A stretch of 62,645 bases of DNA, filler included, from Catajapyx aquilonaris (taxonomy: Eukaryota), in NCBI GenBank assembly GCA_000934665.2. It is 4 parts of 4 records of this genome, joined end to end, with 100 filler letters (N's around TTAATTAATTAA, not from the genome) between each part and the next. Parts side by side here need not be neighbours in the genome. Positions count along the whole stretch, not along the records: positions 15,690 to 31,299 come from JYFJ02007455.1; positions 31,400 to 46,972 come from JYFJ02007456.1; 2 more parts are not named here. One strand, given 5' to 3'. The translations under genes and the position numbers were made by a program. Of the stretch, positions 23,734-36,251 are shown one piece after another (the first letter of the stretch is position 1; the number at the start of each line of letters is the position of its first letter). Under the pieces are notes generated by a model. That model had not been told where the DNA came from. It saw only the letters and a list, made by a program, of their open reading frames with translations, and ran no database searches.

Positions 23734-25049
23734 CAGTGTTGCCAGATGACACGATAAGTATCAGATTACACGATAATTCCGAAGCCGGTACGATACACGA
23801 TACCCAATACACGATACCTGTGAAAAACACGATAATTGTCGCAGTCAGCTTTACTACGCCGGTTTCAAATACAGCGCGCATACAGGGTGGAGAAAGCTAG
23901 AGGCAGGCGGAGTAGAGAAGATTTTTTTTTAGGGATGGGAAAATCGAGATCGATTTAATCGAAAAATCGATTATTGCCCAGAAAAAAACCGACTTTTCGA
24001 AATCGATTTTGAGGACAGCAAAAATCGTAATATTCGAATCTGTCCCTGGAATAATAGATTTTCTGCGAAATGGTTATCAACACGGAACGGCACGTGAAAA
24101 TAAACAAAATTAGTTTGTTCTATATATATGTGTTTCTGATTTGGGTCACCGACTCACCTCCCACCAGCTAGGTTACCCTGGGTAAATAAACCAAGGTCTG
24201 GGTCAACTGCTGATTATGTACGCGTAATCTCTATTGCAATATTCTTGTGCTGTTGTTTCTCCATCTAGTGTCTCTGTGAATAATGGAACAAATTCTAATA
24301 AATCCAGAGATTCTGCTAAAATTAATATAACAGCCAGTCTATTTCATTTATGGTCAATTATGTTTTCCTTCTATTTGCAATTTTTTAAATCAGAACGATG
24401 TAGCATCTGGGCAAAACAAATTTTTTACCTGCTATACATTTGTTAAGATATATCCTTTATATCCGGATGCAACTGTAGCCTTTGTACATTGGCACTGATG
24501 GAAATATGAAGGTATTACCAAGCTCATCTTTCTACTTGCTTATATCCGATTTGCTTACTGTTGTATAGGTCTAGGATGATTCTATACTGTACTCTGTCAG
24601 TTACATTCACCAAAGCTTATGTGACCTTGAACACCAAAAAAATTCGCCTGCGGCGAGCTTTTTGCGCCACGCAACCGCTATACTACCACCTGTCTCTTTA
24701 CGCCCTTGTTTTAGTCTTGCTTCCTTCGATGCATTAATCGATAAAAACGATTTTTCTCCTCGATTATTCGATGCTCAGAATCGTCCCTGCTCGAATCGAT
24801 CGAATAATCGCAAATCGATTTTCGAAAGTAAAGAAGAAACACTGCAACTTTGGCATTTTTCGTTGTAGAGGCGCAACTTTATTAAGATTTACATGATAAA
24901 TAAATAATTTTAACCAAATTTAACGCAGCCGCGACTTTTTATTTCAGATAATAGAAAATTTCTATGTTCACGATAATTTTATCCAAAACACGATAGTTTC
25001 GAAAAGGCCGCACGACAGTTGCACGCTCGCTATCTATCTGGCAACGCTG
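23734..25049. mobile_element. Non-autonomous hAT-type element
   Basis: TIRs CAGTGTTGCCAGAT / ATCTGGCAACGCTG, exact 8-bp TSD GTCGTCAT (23726-23733, 25050-25057), subterminal ACACGATA repeats. A second AATCGA-rich element appears nested at ~23930-24790. Confidence 0.88.
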
Positions 25050-25248
25050 GTCGTCATTCTTCTTCCGTGGAACTTGACACAAGACCACACAAGACTGTAG
25101 TCTACAGTATATCAACACCAGACGTGTCAAAAGTCGATAACTTGGTTGTTTACCTGCAACGAATTCTATCTCCGGCATTCATATCACCTATAGGCCTACA
25201 CATATTCACTCCCAGCCGGTGAAAACATCCCGGCGCGAAGGGGGGGGG

Positions 25249-25251
<3 letters not shown>

Positions 25252-25312
<61 letters not shown>
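25252..25312. repeat. (GA)n microsatellite
   Basis: Direct reading. Confidence 0.95.
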
Positions 25313-25317
<5 letters not shown>

Positions 25318-26034
25318 TCGAGTCACGAATCACGTGGCAGCCTGAGTAAATAACAAGGGAATGTCGCAGTACTCAGGATAAGAGGTCAAAGACTGAAAGA
25401 CACAGTTTGATCACACGATGACCTTGGGCGGAAGAGACGGCAGGCAAATATTACTTTGGAAGGAAACAACCTGTCTCAACACATCATCACCCGCCTCAAG
25501 GTTGACTAGTTCAAGGCCAAGGATAAGGTCAACGGGTTTGCTGACCAAAAAAAGAGGGTTGGGTCTGGTCAGGGATTCCACCGCCTCACATGCACTTGGC
25601 ACACACACTATCCAATATAATAATAATAAAATTATTCCGATTTACAGTGTTGGATACGGGGCTATCGGAGCCATAATCTTTTTCGAGCAATATTAACGAC
25701 TACTGAAAGTGTATGTCTAGCCCACAATCCTTATACTAATAATTCCCTGCAGGCTATGCTTTTGAAGGGGGCAAATTATTATTGTTTGAAATATTACACG
25801 AGTCGCGCGGTTCATCACAACTGTTTTCGCAACGGGACAGCATACTTTAGCGAGCAAGAAGAGAGCAACGCCCTTCCCTCATCATCTGACATTCATTTGC
25901 CGAGTCATTCAAAAATGGAACTACTATAAGCAAGAGCTGCTATAAGTACTACTAACAGGGATTGAGTCTCCGAGTCCAACAAACTCGAATTGATCTGCAT
26001 TCAGCGGACACTATAGTATATATGTATGTATGTA

Positions 26035-26297
26035 TGTTTATAATCCGAATTACTTCGCGATGTATCGACGGCAAGCCAGAAATGTGCGTGATAAGATGAC
26101 ATTGTGCTCTTTTACACTAAATATTTTGAAAGTATATCGCCGTCTATTCCCGCCAGAAAGCGGGCTGGGTCCTTTTCTATTAAACTTACTAATACGATAC
26201 TTTAAAAAAATTAGTGTAATAGAGTACTGTGTAATCTTATCGCGTACATTTCTGGCTTGCCGTCGATACATTCGCGAAGTAATTCGGATCATAAACA
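26035..26297. mobile_element. MITE with ~75-bp inverted arms
   Basis: TGTTTATAATCCGAATTACTTCGCGA.. mirrored by ..TCGCGAAGTAATTCGGATCATAAACA. Confidence 0.8.
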
Positions 26298-27041
26298 GCC
26301 GAGATAACAGAGGCGTGCAATTAACTTAATTATGATTACAGAAATGGCGATCTGGATGTTTCAAATATATCATTAGATAGACAAAGATGTGCACTACCCA
26401 GGGTTCACAGGGGGATTTTTTTTGCCCTCCTGAAAGTGTCATAAAAAATTCACTTTGCTGTGTAACCTCCGCAACTAGTTTAAAAAATGACACTTTTCCG
26501 CCTTCTTTTTACGACAAAAAATTGGAGACTGACGATAGGAAAACAACTCGCGTATATGTAACGTGGATTTAAACAAGCTTTCGAACGATACATAGCATAA
26601 TATTTTCTGATAATTTGCATGGGAGTTGTTTAGAGTCAAACACAGGGCTGTATATTAAATAAATGGGTGCCATGGATCCGTTCTGTAGAGAGAGAGAGAG
26701 AGAGAGAGAGGGGGGGNGAGGGAGGGAGGGAGGGAGGGAAGTAAAGGGCGTTCCCCGTCCAATATCCGGCCTCCTGCTCCTGCCTCACTCAGTCGGCGAG
26801 TGAACCTGGAGGAAATAGGATCGGCGTAACTGTACGTCCCATCCATATTCAGCGGGTATCAAGGTAGGCTACGTCCGTCCCTCCTTCCCTTTGACGTGTG
26901 GTGATTGCTTTGCCGGTATGTTGATATTCCTGCAAATGATTCTCCAATTCCCGCCATTAGATTGACCTGACCTGACCTGGGCCAAATCCGCACTTACGTG
27001 TGATTCCCCTTTAGCCCGGTTTCATAGTAACGATCCGGTAC

Positions 27042-28393
27042 TTACGTAAGGAGTTTGGTTTAATCCTTCCCCCCTCCCTCTCCCCCCTCCACCCCAACTC
27101 CCGGTAACATTACGGATCACACTTATATAATAAATGCTGAAAAGCTATGACTCGGGAAAAATTCTCGTCGCGGTTTCATAACCAAAGACCTATCTCGTAA
27201 AAATGTTCTCATTACGTAAGGTAAAGCAGTAGTGTTACATGCCGGGTATTGACGAAATGAGAATTGTTACCGAATCAGGGGAGGGGAAACCGCGCAGTGT
27301 GTAACATGCATGTATGACTGTATAATATACCCAATCGTGGAGGGACAGGGAGAGAGAGCTTAGCCTCGAGTAACCTCGGAGGAAAGTAGGAAAAGCAGCC
27401 TTTGTCAAACAACTTGGAAGTGTCAAGTGTGGCTGCTGAACAGTTCCTCCCAAAAGTAATAGCAACGATGATGATGATAATCTAAGGTGTGAGGTTGATA
27501 GGGTGCTAGCTAGAGTGAGTGAGTGAGTGAGTGAGTGAGTGAGTGAGTGAGTGAGGGAGGGAGGGAGGGAGGATGAGGTGACTATGAGGTGACTATTTCT
27601 GGTGTGATATTCCCCAGAGGAAGAGGAGTCTGAGAAAATGATGGAAGAGGAGGATGAATGGGAGCAAGTGAGCAGGCCCCAATGCAGACTGGCCAACCTG
27701 GCCCTTCCATCTGCAGCTGCAGTGGGCAAAGTGCAGAGGCTGAGGCAGCAGCTGTCGGCCGCACTGGTGGAGGCCTGCAGCAGAAGGTCGATGCCTGCCA
27801 CCCTTCCGGATGAGGAGGTGCGTGCCCAAAGTGTGTATGTATGTATGTATGTATGTATGTATGTACTATACCTGTGTGAGTGACGCCATGTCCCCCTTCC
27901 CTTCCTCAGTTGTCGTGCGGGGCTTGTGGCAATGTGCCAATAGATGCGGTGACGTTCAGCTGCGGGCACACCCAGTGTCGCAGGTGCCTGCAGCGGCGTT
28001 GTGCCAGGTGCGGCACTCAAGACGACCACGCCGATAGAACCAACGTGCTGGTAGCTGCCATGGTGCGCCGCTTCTGGCCCGGCAGGTGCGAAGCGGCCAG
28101 GATGCGAAGTGAAGCGGCGGGCGTCTTGGCGCAGAGACCGGACAGGGCCATCGACATCCTCCACGTGGCTGCGCAAATGTGTGAGTCAGACTACTACATC
28201 CGACATTTGATGCATGCTTGCCCCAGTAATGGATCATCGGGATCTGTGAGGGTGATACTGCAGCTTACATGCTGCATGCTATATTTGGTCAGGTAGTTGG
28301 TCGAAAGGTAAGCAAGAAAGAGCCTATTGGCCAGTGACGCCTCGCATTGCTCGCTTTACGTAAAGTACTTTACGTAAAAGGGCTTTTACGTAA
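27042..28393. promoter_or_regulatory. Cluster of five perfect TTACGTAA (PAR-bZIP/D-box) sites around the LONRF first coding exons
   Basis: TTACGTAA at 27042, 27212, 28356, 28370 and 28386. Confidence 0.6.
27638..28180 (+). CDS. LONRF: LON peptidase N-terminal domain and RING finger protein-like, 5' exons only (27638-27817, 27910-28180)
   Basis: RING CGAC..DAVTFSCGHTQCRRCL..CARC followed by RTNVLVAAMVRRFWP..AARMRSEA (TPR-like start), the arrangement of the LONRF N-terminus. GT-AG sites keep the frame. No downstream exons recognised before the contig end. Confidence 0.72.
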
Positions 28394-29813
28394 GGGGGAA
28401 GGGGTTACGTTCATGGAACGGCATCGAATGAATGGGGAATTGCGGAATGGCAAAGGGGGAGGAGAAGATGACATCAATATGCCAAGTCGCACTCGGTCCC
28501 TTGGACAATGTTTGTGATGAGAGTATTTTCCTCTTGTGCATTGCGGACTGGCTACTCAATTCATCTCGCATATTCCGATGTCGTCGCATCTGCACATTGC
28601 GATCAGGACGCCAAGGAAATAGCCAACAACGAGCAGATGGGCCTTTTTTGGTAGGCCCAACTCGTGGCAGTCTCGGAGATAATATGACTCGACTAGATCC
28701 TCCAGATATTTCTCTGTTCTTCTGGCCATCCATCCCATCCATCCCATCTATCCATCCATCCATCCATCCATACATCCATCCATCCATCCATACATCCATA
28801 CATCCCCCGCTTTCCTCTCTCACCAGTTGGTGGGGCATGCAGCTCCTCATGGGGATAGGGCTGTTTGCTAAACTTATAGCCTAGATTTGGCTTGGGCACG
28901 TGTCATGATGATGATGATGACGGCGACGACGATTATTATTGTAGTCGTTATTATTACGTGCTGCACGATTCTGTCAACTGGCAAGTTCCCGAGCTTTAGG
29001 CGATTTTCAAAGACAATCGAGTGAAACTTGGGTGAACCTTGTACGTTTAGAGGCTGAATACGTACCATAATATGTCAATCGTAGGGAATCTGAAGTGAAT
29101 GTCGTAGGCTTTTGTTCGCATGCCCGAGGCCACGGAAATGGGATTCTGGATGGTGAGGGAGGGAGTAAGCAGGGCACGTGTGCGGGTTGGGGACGGCACT
29201 GGAATGTAAGGGGGAATCAGCTACCGTACAAAGGAAGATAAGTCTCTTCCAGGAGAGGAGCTTGTCGGTTCACTTGACACAGAAGCTGCCCCCGTCCATC
29301 GTACACCTTGCCATCAACTCAGCCTCCAATACCTGTAGACTGGTGGGGCCAAAGAATCAAATAACGACTGGGTAGCTGCCCACCCACTTGCGCCATTCCG
29401 GAAGGCCATCCAGATATTAACATTCATCGTCGACCCTGGGTGTATCTGCAATAGACAAAACGGTTTAGTTTTTGCATGCAGTGCAGCAGCAAGCACACAG
29501 TGACACTAATCAGTAATCACTTACACACCTGCGGTACTGTACCTATCAATCTTACAGACTTGAAATACTTTTGACGATATAACAATATCCCCGGACACTG
29601 GGTCCTTTAAATTGACACATTTATGGTCTTTACGAGCGTTCAAGTCATACACATACAAGAGGGGACATGGCCTTAGAACTTTTGTGTGAGGAGTTGAAGA
29701 GGACATAACATACTATCATTTGGTGATTGCATGACTGGGTACTGTTGGAAAAGTCGACAATATTAATACAGTATAATATTATTAGCCGTAGATGGGGGGA
29801 GGGGAAACGAATG

Positions 29814-29865
<52 letters not shown>

Positions 29866-31299
29866 CCAGACTAGCTACCATTATATATACTACGAGCGAT
29901 ATTTTGCGCCACTGATTAAAAATAGGATCTGGTTGGGTGGTTATAGTGTGGTCGTGATAGTGGATGGTGTGGGGTGGGTGGGCTAAGGCCGGATCGAACC
30001 GGATGACTCTCAAGGACCTGTACCGGCAAACACAGGGTTAACAAACCCAGGCCTTGAGGAATCCATGGCTGCGTGCGCTCCACCAATCGGGCGCCGCGTC
30101 GCGTCGTCCACTTGTTTGTCTGCTTACCTCGTCGAATACTATTCACAATCTTACCTACTACAAGTGCACATCGGTCTCCCAAAAACACTACCGGTATCGG
30201 TAGTTATAATCTGACTCGCTTAACCATGGATACTGCCAGACTTAGGACACGATCCCATTCCAAATTGACTGAAATAAAGAGGAACCCTAACTGAATAACA
30301 TACTTTCTACTGCGGAGAAATTTTCCGGTCCTTCCCCCCCCTCCCCCCGCAGCGACATGTTCCGTTTTGTGGGGGTGATTCGGCAATGGGGTCCAATGAT
30401 GTTGTTATTTATATCAGCTTGCGTAAGTACGGAAATGAACATGAAATAATACGAGGTTGGTACGAGAGAATCATGAGCGTATGTAGCGTATCCCGCATTC
30501 CTGCCATTATCCTGCATATGAGCGTCCAAAAATAGTCGTCGATGACGTCATGCAGATAACTGTCTATTCGCAATGAAACAAACGTAGTACTACAGGTTTT
30601 GATTTTGTTGTTGTTTCTTGGATCTGGAGTGGGGATTTCAGGGCAAGGAAGCAAAAAAGCGAGTTGAAATGTGAGGACGAGCTGCATCGATCCCTTTGAG
30701 GAAGGTCGTGGATGGATGGATGGATGACGTACAGTACGTCCGTACACGTAGACTACTAACTTACTGTACATTGTCCCCCACAGGAGGACAGCCAGCGCTC
30801 TATTGCGTAATTATGGTAGAATCTTGTATACGTAGTACGTATAATAATATTATGGTGGTATGGTATATCCATGACACACACTTTGCGGCCTGACTGCACT
30901 GGCATGTTGATCGCAGTATGCCGTCAGGGCTGCTTCAAAATCAGTGCGAGCTGCTCATCTGAAGCAAAATAATACTCTCTCTTTGGCCAATTGAAACTCG
31001 AGGCTGGTTCCCATGCAGGTTCCCACTTGTTCCCCTTCTCCGTCCGTTTTTCCAGAGAGACTGCTCCGATTCCAAGCTCGGATGTGATGGAGCACCCACC
31101 CGTATATACTATCAAACTGTGTTACTCTTACAAGGGAAGTGTACGGAAGCCCAGAAGGGTCAAGCGCCTACACTCTTCTTGGGAGACCTTCTCTCTCACT
31201 CAGAGGCCTACACTTTCGTGGAGGAGGCCTACACTTTCGTGGAGGCCTACACTTTCGTGGCGCGAACTCTCTTTACGGGGGAGGATTATAAACAGCCGA

Positions 31300-31399
31300 N
31301 NNNNNNNNNNNNNNNNNNNNNNNNNNNNNNNNNNNNNNNNNNNTTAATTAATTAANNNNNNNNNNNNNNNNNNNNNNNNNNNNNNNNNNNNNNNNNNNN
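31300..31399. other. Artificial contig linker
   Basis: 44 N + TTAATTAATTAA + 44 N. Confidence 0.97.
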
Positions 31400-31494
31400 A
31401 ATCAAATATGCACTGATATAAAGGTGATGCAAGGCTGCATCAAACTGCATTGAACTGTAGGACGTTTAGACATAGTAAAACCGGTACGGTCACA

Positions 31495-31529
31495 CAGGTT
31501 TTGCCAAATTTTGGCTACGGGTGCGCTAG
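31495..31529 (+). mobile_element. Helitron 3' terminus (same family as 21944-23306)
   Basis: CAGGTTTTGCCAAATTTTGGCTACGGGTGCGCTAG-T, identical to the end at 23306. Confidence 0.85.
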
Positions 31530-31759
31530 TTGTAATATAATTGCTGATATATTTTACCACTTGTTTAATAATTACTTTCCATCATCATCATCATCAACAA
31601 CATCATGACATTTCCCTATGAGGGGTAGTCAGCGATGAAGGGAGACGCAAGCTAACCCAACATATGAACTAATATTAATTAAAACTTGTGAAAATAAACC
31701 TAAAAGCAACCCGTCCCCCCCCCCACCCCTTCCCACCTCAGATGACAGACACTGAATAT

Positions 31760-33053
31760 TAAATTTAAATATTACACTATTATTTTTAACTAAGTTTAAC
31801 TACTATATAATTAAATACGGCTGTTAATTAATTAATTTTTATTAACTGTAAATTTATTTGAACGTTTTCTTCATTTTATTTAACTACGCTACTGAATAAT
31901 TAAATACAGTTGTTAACTTGTTAATTTTATTTGTTAGTTGTTAACTCATTCATTTTATTTGTTTGTTAGTTGTTAACGTATTCATTTTAATTGTTTATTA
32001 GTTGTTAACTTATAAGTTAACAACTAATAAACAATTAAAATGTATAAATACATTTTAATTGTTTATTAATTGTTAATTTATTTTAACACTAGTTTCATTT
32101 TAGTTAAGTACTAATTAAATGCAGTTGTTAATTTATTAATTTTAAGTGTTTGTTAATTGCTAATTGTAATCGGTTTTTAATTGTTAATTATTTATTAATC
32201 GTTAATTTAATCGCTAATTAATTAATTTTCGTTGTAAATGACTCCTTGCAGAATGACAGTGTTTATTCCAAAAAGAAGCAGTTCGTGTGACGAGGCATCA
32301 GACCCGCATGGTCCGGACCTTGCAGCAAGGGACCTTATTCAAACCCATCCATCGAAAATTTGCCCCAATTTTGACCGTTACTTTTGGGAATACCGTATGT
32401 TTGGAATGCTGTAATAAACAATTGCGCGCCCAATAATTATCGTTTGGTGCGATTAGGATGACGCAACACTGGGTTGAGGTCATGTTGTGAAGGGTTATAT
32501 TTTGGCGTCGACTGATGATTAGGCGCGGAAGTTTTCCCTCTGCTGCTTCGGTCATCTTGAGTCTCGATGATGATGGGGACCTTTATCTGCTGACCATGAC
32601 GCGATCCAAGAGTCGGCGGCACGTGGCCCTATATACTAATCAGCCCCGGAGGTCAATTCACCTTGACATCCTTTCCGATCCTCTCAATACTGCTCATAAC
32701 GCAAGATATGCGATTATCACTCATGCGCAATTCAGGTTCGTGTATACATGCCACATGCGCGGCACAGTTTGGGATAATTATTACGTAACATATATATACA
32801 GTCACGCTGGCTGAATGGCGCAGGAGTAAACGACCTTAACCAGTGCGTTATCTGCTACGGATTGGCAATACAAAATAAACATTTTAGAGAGAGAAAAATA
32901 ATGAGCACCGGTACGGCGGTACCGAGAAGTACTGTACCGATGGAAATGCGTCACATGACAACAATACATTAGGCAATGAAAAAGGCATCCAAGTTGCGCA
33001 TAATGCCCACCTTTGCTTAGCTTTAATTTCCATTTTTTATTTATTAAATATAT

Positions 33054-33126
<73 letters not shown>

Positions 33127-34010
33127 CGACATTTCCCTATATTAAGGGGTAGTCAGCGATGACGGGAACCACACAAGCTAACCCAAAATATGAACAAAAT
33201 ATATTTCATCGTTGGTTAAATTATTTATGCTTTTAAATTATACCGGTAATTAATTTCATTGAGTTGTCAGCTAATTTAATCTCCTTTAATTGTCGATTCG
33301 TGTGATTTTATTGCTAACTAATTTAATGTCATAGTTAATAAATGAATGCCAATCCATTTTATCGCCAATTTATCGATTTTTGTCAATTTATCTATTTATT
33401 AATAGTTATGCACGGTTGTTTGATTAATTTGATTTAATTGGTTTTATTGTATCTAATTAATTTCACTTAATTGTTGTTAATTAATTTCACTTAATTGTTG
33501 TTAATTAATTTCACTTAATTGTTGTTAATTAATTCAATTGTTAAAATTGTTAAAATGTTACTTGTCAGCTTAGCTATTTATTTAATAGTTATATAGTTAT
33601 AATTAATTGTGTTGATCTAATTGTTCATTAAATTATTTCAAATTTGGTTTGACATTAGTTAATTTAATTTATTAATTTATTAATGGTAATACAGTAGTTG
33701 ATTAATTTTAATTTTATTTAATTGAATAGGTGATTAATTTCAACTTTTAGTTTTTTGCTTGACAGTAATTTGCTATTATATTAAACTTTAGTTATCTAAT
33801 TCAGTTGCCAACAGTTATCATTGGTAATTAATTTAATTGATTCAATTGTTACTTAAATTAATTCAAGTTTCTGGATTAATGCCAATTAATTTGATTCTAA
33901 TGGTAATAACTTACTGAATTAATTTAATTTACTGGCTACTTTATTAATTTTAACTGTTTGTTTTCCTTAACAGTAATTCAATACAACTTTCTAATGCTAT
34001 TTAATTTAGT
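31760..34010. repeat. AT-rich low-complexity tracts (two blocks, ~31760-32230 and ~33210-34010)
   Basis: Degenerate TTAATT/TTGTTAA repeats, including a 21-bp tandem unit at ~33455-33530. Confidence 0.7.
33056..33196 (-). mobile_element. 5'-truncated non-LTR retroelement/SINE 3' end with (ATG)n tail; a related copy lies at ~31580-31668
   Basis: ~70-bp core shared by both copies next to (CAT)n. AAATATATTTCATC flanks the second copy on both sides, consistent with a TSD. Confidence 0.65.
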
Positions 34011-35393
34011 TTTATTTTGCTTGGAATATATTAACCCCACGATGAACTTGGGGAGTGCACCACCCTGTACGTGGACATGCTGATAACATTGCGATATATT
34101 CTAAATATTGCTGCGTAATTACACCTGATTTCCACGCGTGTGCGGCATGGATAATTTTAAACTGCATTAACTGAGTATTATGCGCAACATCTGTACGTAA
34201 CACGTCAGATTATGTTGCGTGGGGTCAAGGTCACTGGGTCAGCTGATGATCAGCTGTAGGTTAATCGCATCATCAAGATATTTAATTCCATCTTTGAAGG
34301 ACGGAAACTTCTTGGCACGAGTAATCGGAGCAGTAGATTAATCGGATTGTCCGCGATCATCATCATGTACAGTACCGTAATTAGTCCTTGACACTGGCAG
34401 ATACACTTAATTTGATTTCATCATAATAATTTATCTGCATGTGCAGATAATTCCTGGAAATCACGCAACACCAGTTTTAACCTTTGCTTACTAGGATTTA
34501 CTGCAGTCCATGTTAGGCAATCATATAGTTAAACCTGTCTATAACGGACTATCTCCATTCCGTGATTAATTATTAATTTATTATAATAATTAAAATGTGT
34601 TAGTCATTATTTTAGTTACAAATCTGCGTCTCGAATACACACCGTTACAAACAGCTTTCGTTATATCTAGGTTCCGTTATACACAGGCTCATTAATTGCA
34701 CTATAATTATTATCACAATATTTAAATAATTTCTAGAAAATAAAATGATGTCGAAACATTTGACTCGAGTCACCTCCAACTGGATTATTCGCAATTAAAT
34801 ACGGTAACCGTAATTGAGCGCGGTTATATCACAAAGACGCCTCATGGTCTGGAGGTCACAAAAAGGTCACATGGACTTTGTCCTTCCCACTTTAACTATG
34901 CACTTTATTTTGCGACATACATTTAAGTCTGATTACTCAGCCGGGCAAAGTTCGTTACAATATTAAACGAATTTAAAAATGACAGCATTATGACTTACTT
35001 AAACTTGTGTATAACGAACTGCGGCGAAAATTTTGTCTGCAATTTTTGGCACTTAATTTTAAGCAGCTACTTCTGAGCAGCTGTTTTAGCTATTATCGAA
35101 CGTATTAGCTGCCTCCAACTGACTCAGTACGTAATCAAAGAGCTAATTATGTAATAATGACCCATTGTAACAATTTAAATATATTTTCGCACGATAACTG
35201 TTAAAATAACTTGTCACAAAATAAGCAGTTCAATGCCAAAAAAGTCGACAACCACTACATACGTATTAGTTAGAAATATTAGGCTTAAAGTTATGTCGCA
35301 CATAACGGAATCTACTAGTAAAATAATTGGCGTGTATATTTTGCAAGTTTCGGTACTAATCTGCAGCATATAACGGGCATATTTTAACGTTGT

Positions 35394-35832
35394 ATCCTTG
35401 TCGTACATAACGGAAAGTCCCGTAAAACGGAATTCATAGTGCAGCTTTTGTCCTCTGTAACGGAAAGTTGCGGCACTATTGTCCTTATAACGGAAACACT
35501 AATAAATGTTAGTGCGCCACGGAAGCGTTGAGGTATCGTTGTCGGACATAACGGAAAGTCCCGCACAACGGAATTCACAGTGCAGCTTTTGTCGTCTATA
35601 ACGGAAAGTTTCGGCACTCTTATGCCCATATAACGGAAACACTAATAAATATTAGTGCGCCACGGAAACGTTGATGTATCGTTGTCGTACATAACGGAAA
35701 GTCCCGTATAACGGAATTTAAGAGTACAACTTGGTCGCATTAACGGCAAGTTTTCGCACTATTTTGTCGCATGTAACTAAGACTGCGATCTATCGTCAGC
35801 GTCCATAACGGACAGTCATACATAACGGAAAA
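35394..35832. repeat. ~140-bp tandem duplication built from ATAACGGAAA motifs (probably TE-derived)
   Basis: ~35394-35535 is repeated at ~35535-35680 and partly a third time. Confidence 0.7.
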
Positions 35833-36184
35833 CATGTTACGTACGGTGTGCAATTTTTTGTGTAACTTTTACTGTACCGGTATTTGTTGATAAGTATTCC
35901 CGATTGGCAGGTGTTGATTAGAGGTCGACCCGAGATGACCTTTGACTTTCGGGAATGCCCACTTTCAGCACCCCCCTCTTTTCCTTCCTCCTCAGCATTG
36001 CCCACTCCTTGACCAGCCGATAAGTGTTGGTCACCCAATGGCGATGATGATCCATCGGGAATGGTATCCGGATTGGTCCGGATTGACCCGGAGCTGGGTT
36101 GGGGAAGTGTGGGGGGTCACCTGGGGCCCACCCATAATGGTGGTCATGGAGTTGGGTAATGTTGCGGGTGGGTGATGGAGTGGG

Positions 36185-36191
36185 TATAAAA
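36185..36191 (+). promoter_or_regulatory. TATA box of MIOX
   Basis: GGG-TATAAAA-GG, 67 nt upstream of the ATG. Confidence 0.7.
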
Positions 36192-36251
36192 GGACCCAGG
36201 GGCGGCCCCATGAGCTTCATTACTTGTCCAGAAGTCATCCAGCTTGTGACC

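Noticed and set aside
25411..25608. Minus-strand CVPSAC motif resembling an NRF-domain exon
   Set aside because: Single short motif with no supporting neighbouring exons.
27235..28176. 313-aa minus-strand ORF
   Set aside because: Antisense shadow of the LONRF exons extended through (GTGA)n and (GTAT)n microsatellites.
28386..30013. ORFs with WMDG, PSIH, PACL or QAGR repeats
   Set aside because: Translations of (CATC)n and (GCCT)n microsatellites.
31760..34010. AT-rich tract as organellar insertion or homeodomain-site enhancer
   Set aside because: No mitochondrial ORF, tRNA or rRNA is recognisable, and TAAT density is explained by low complexity.
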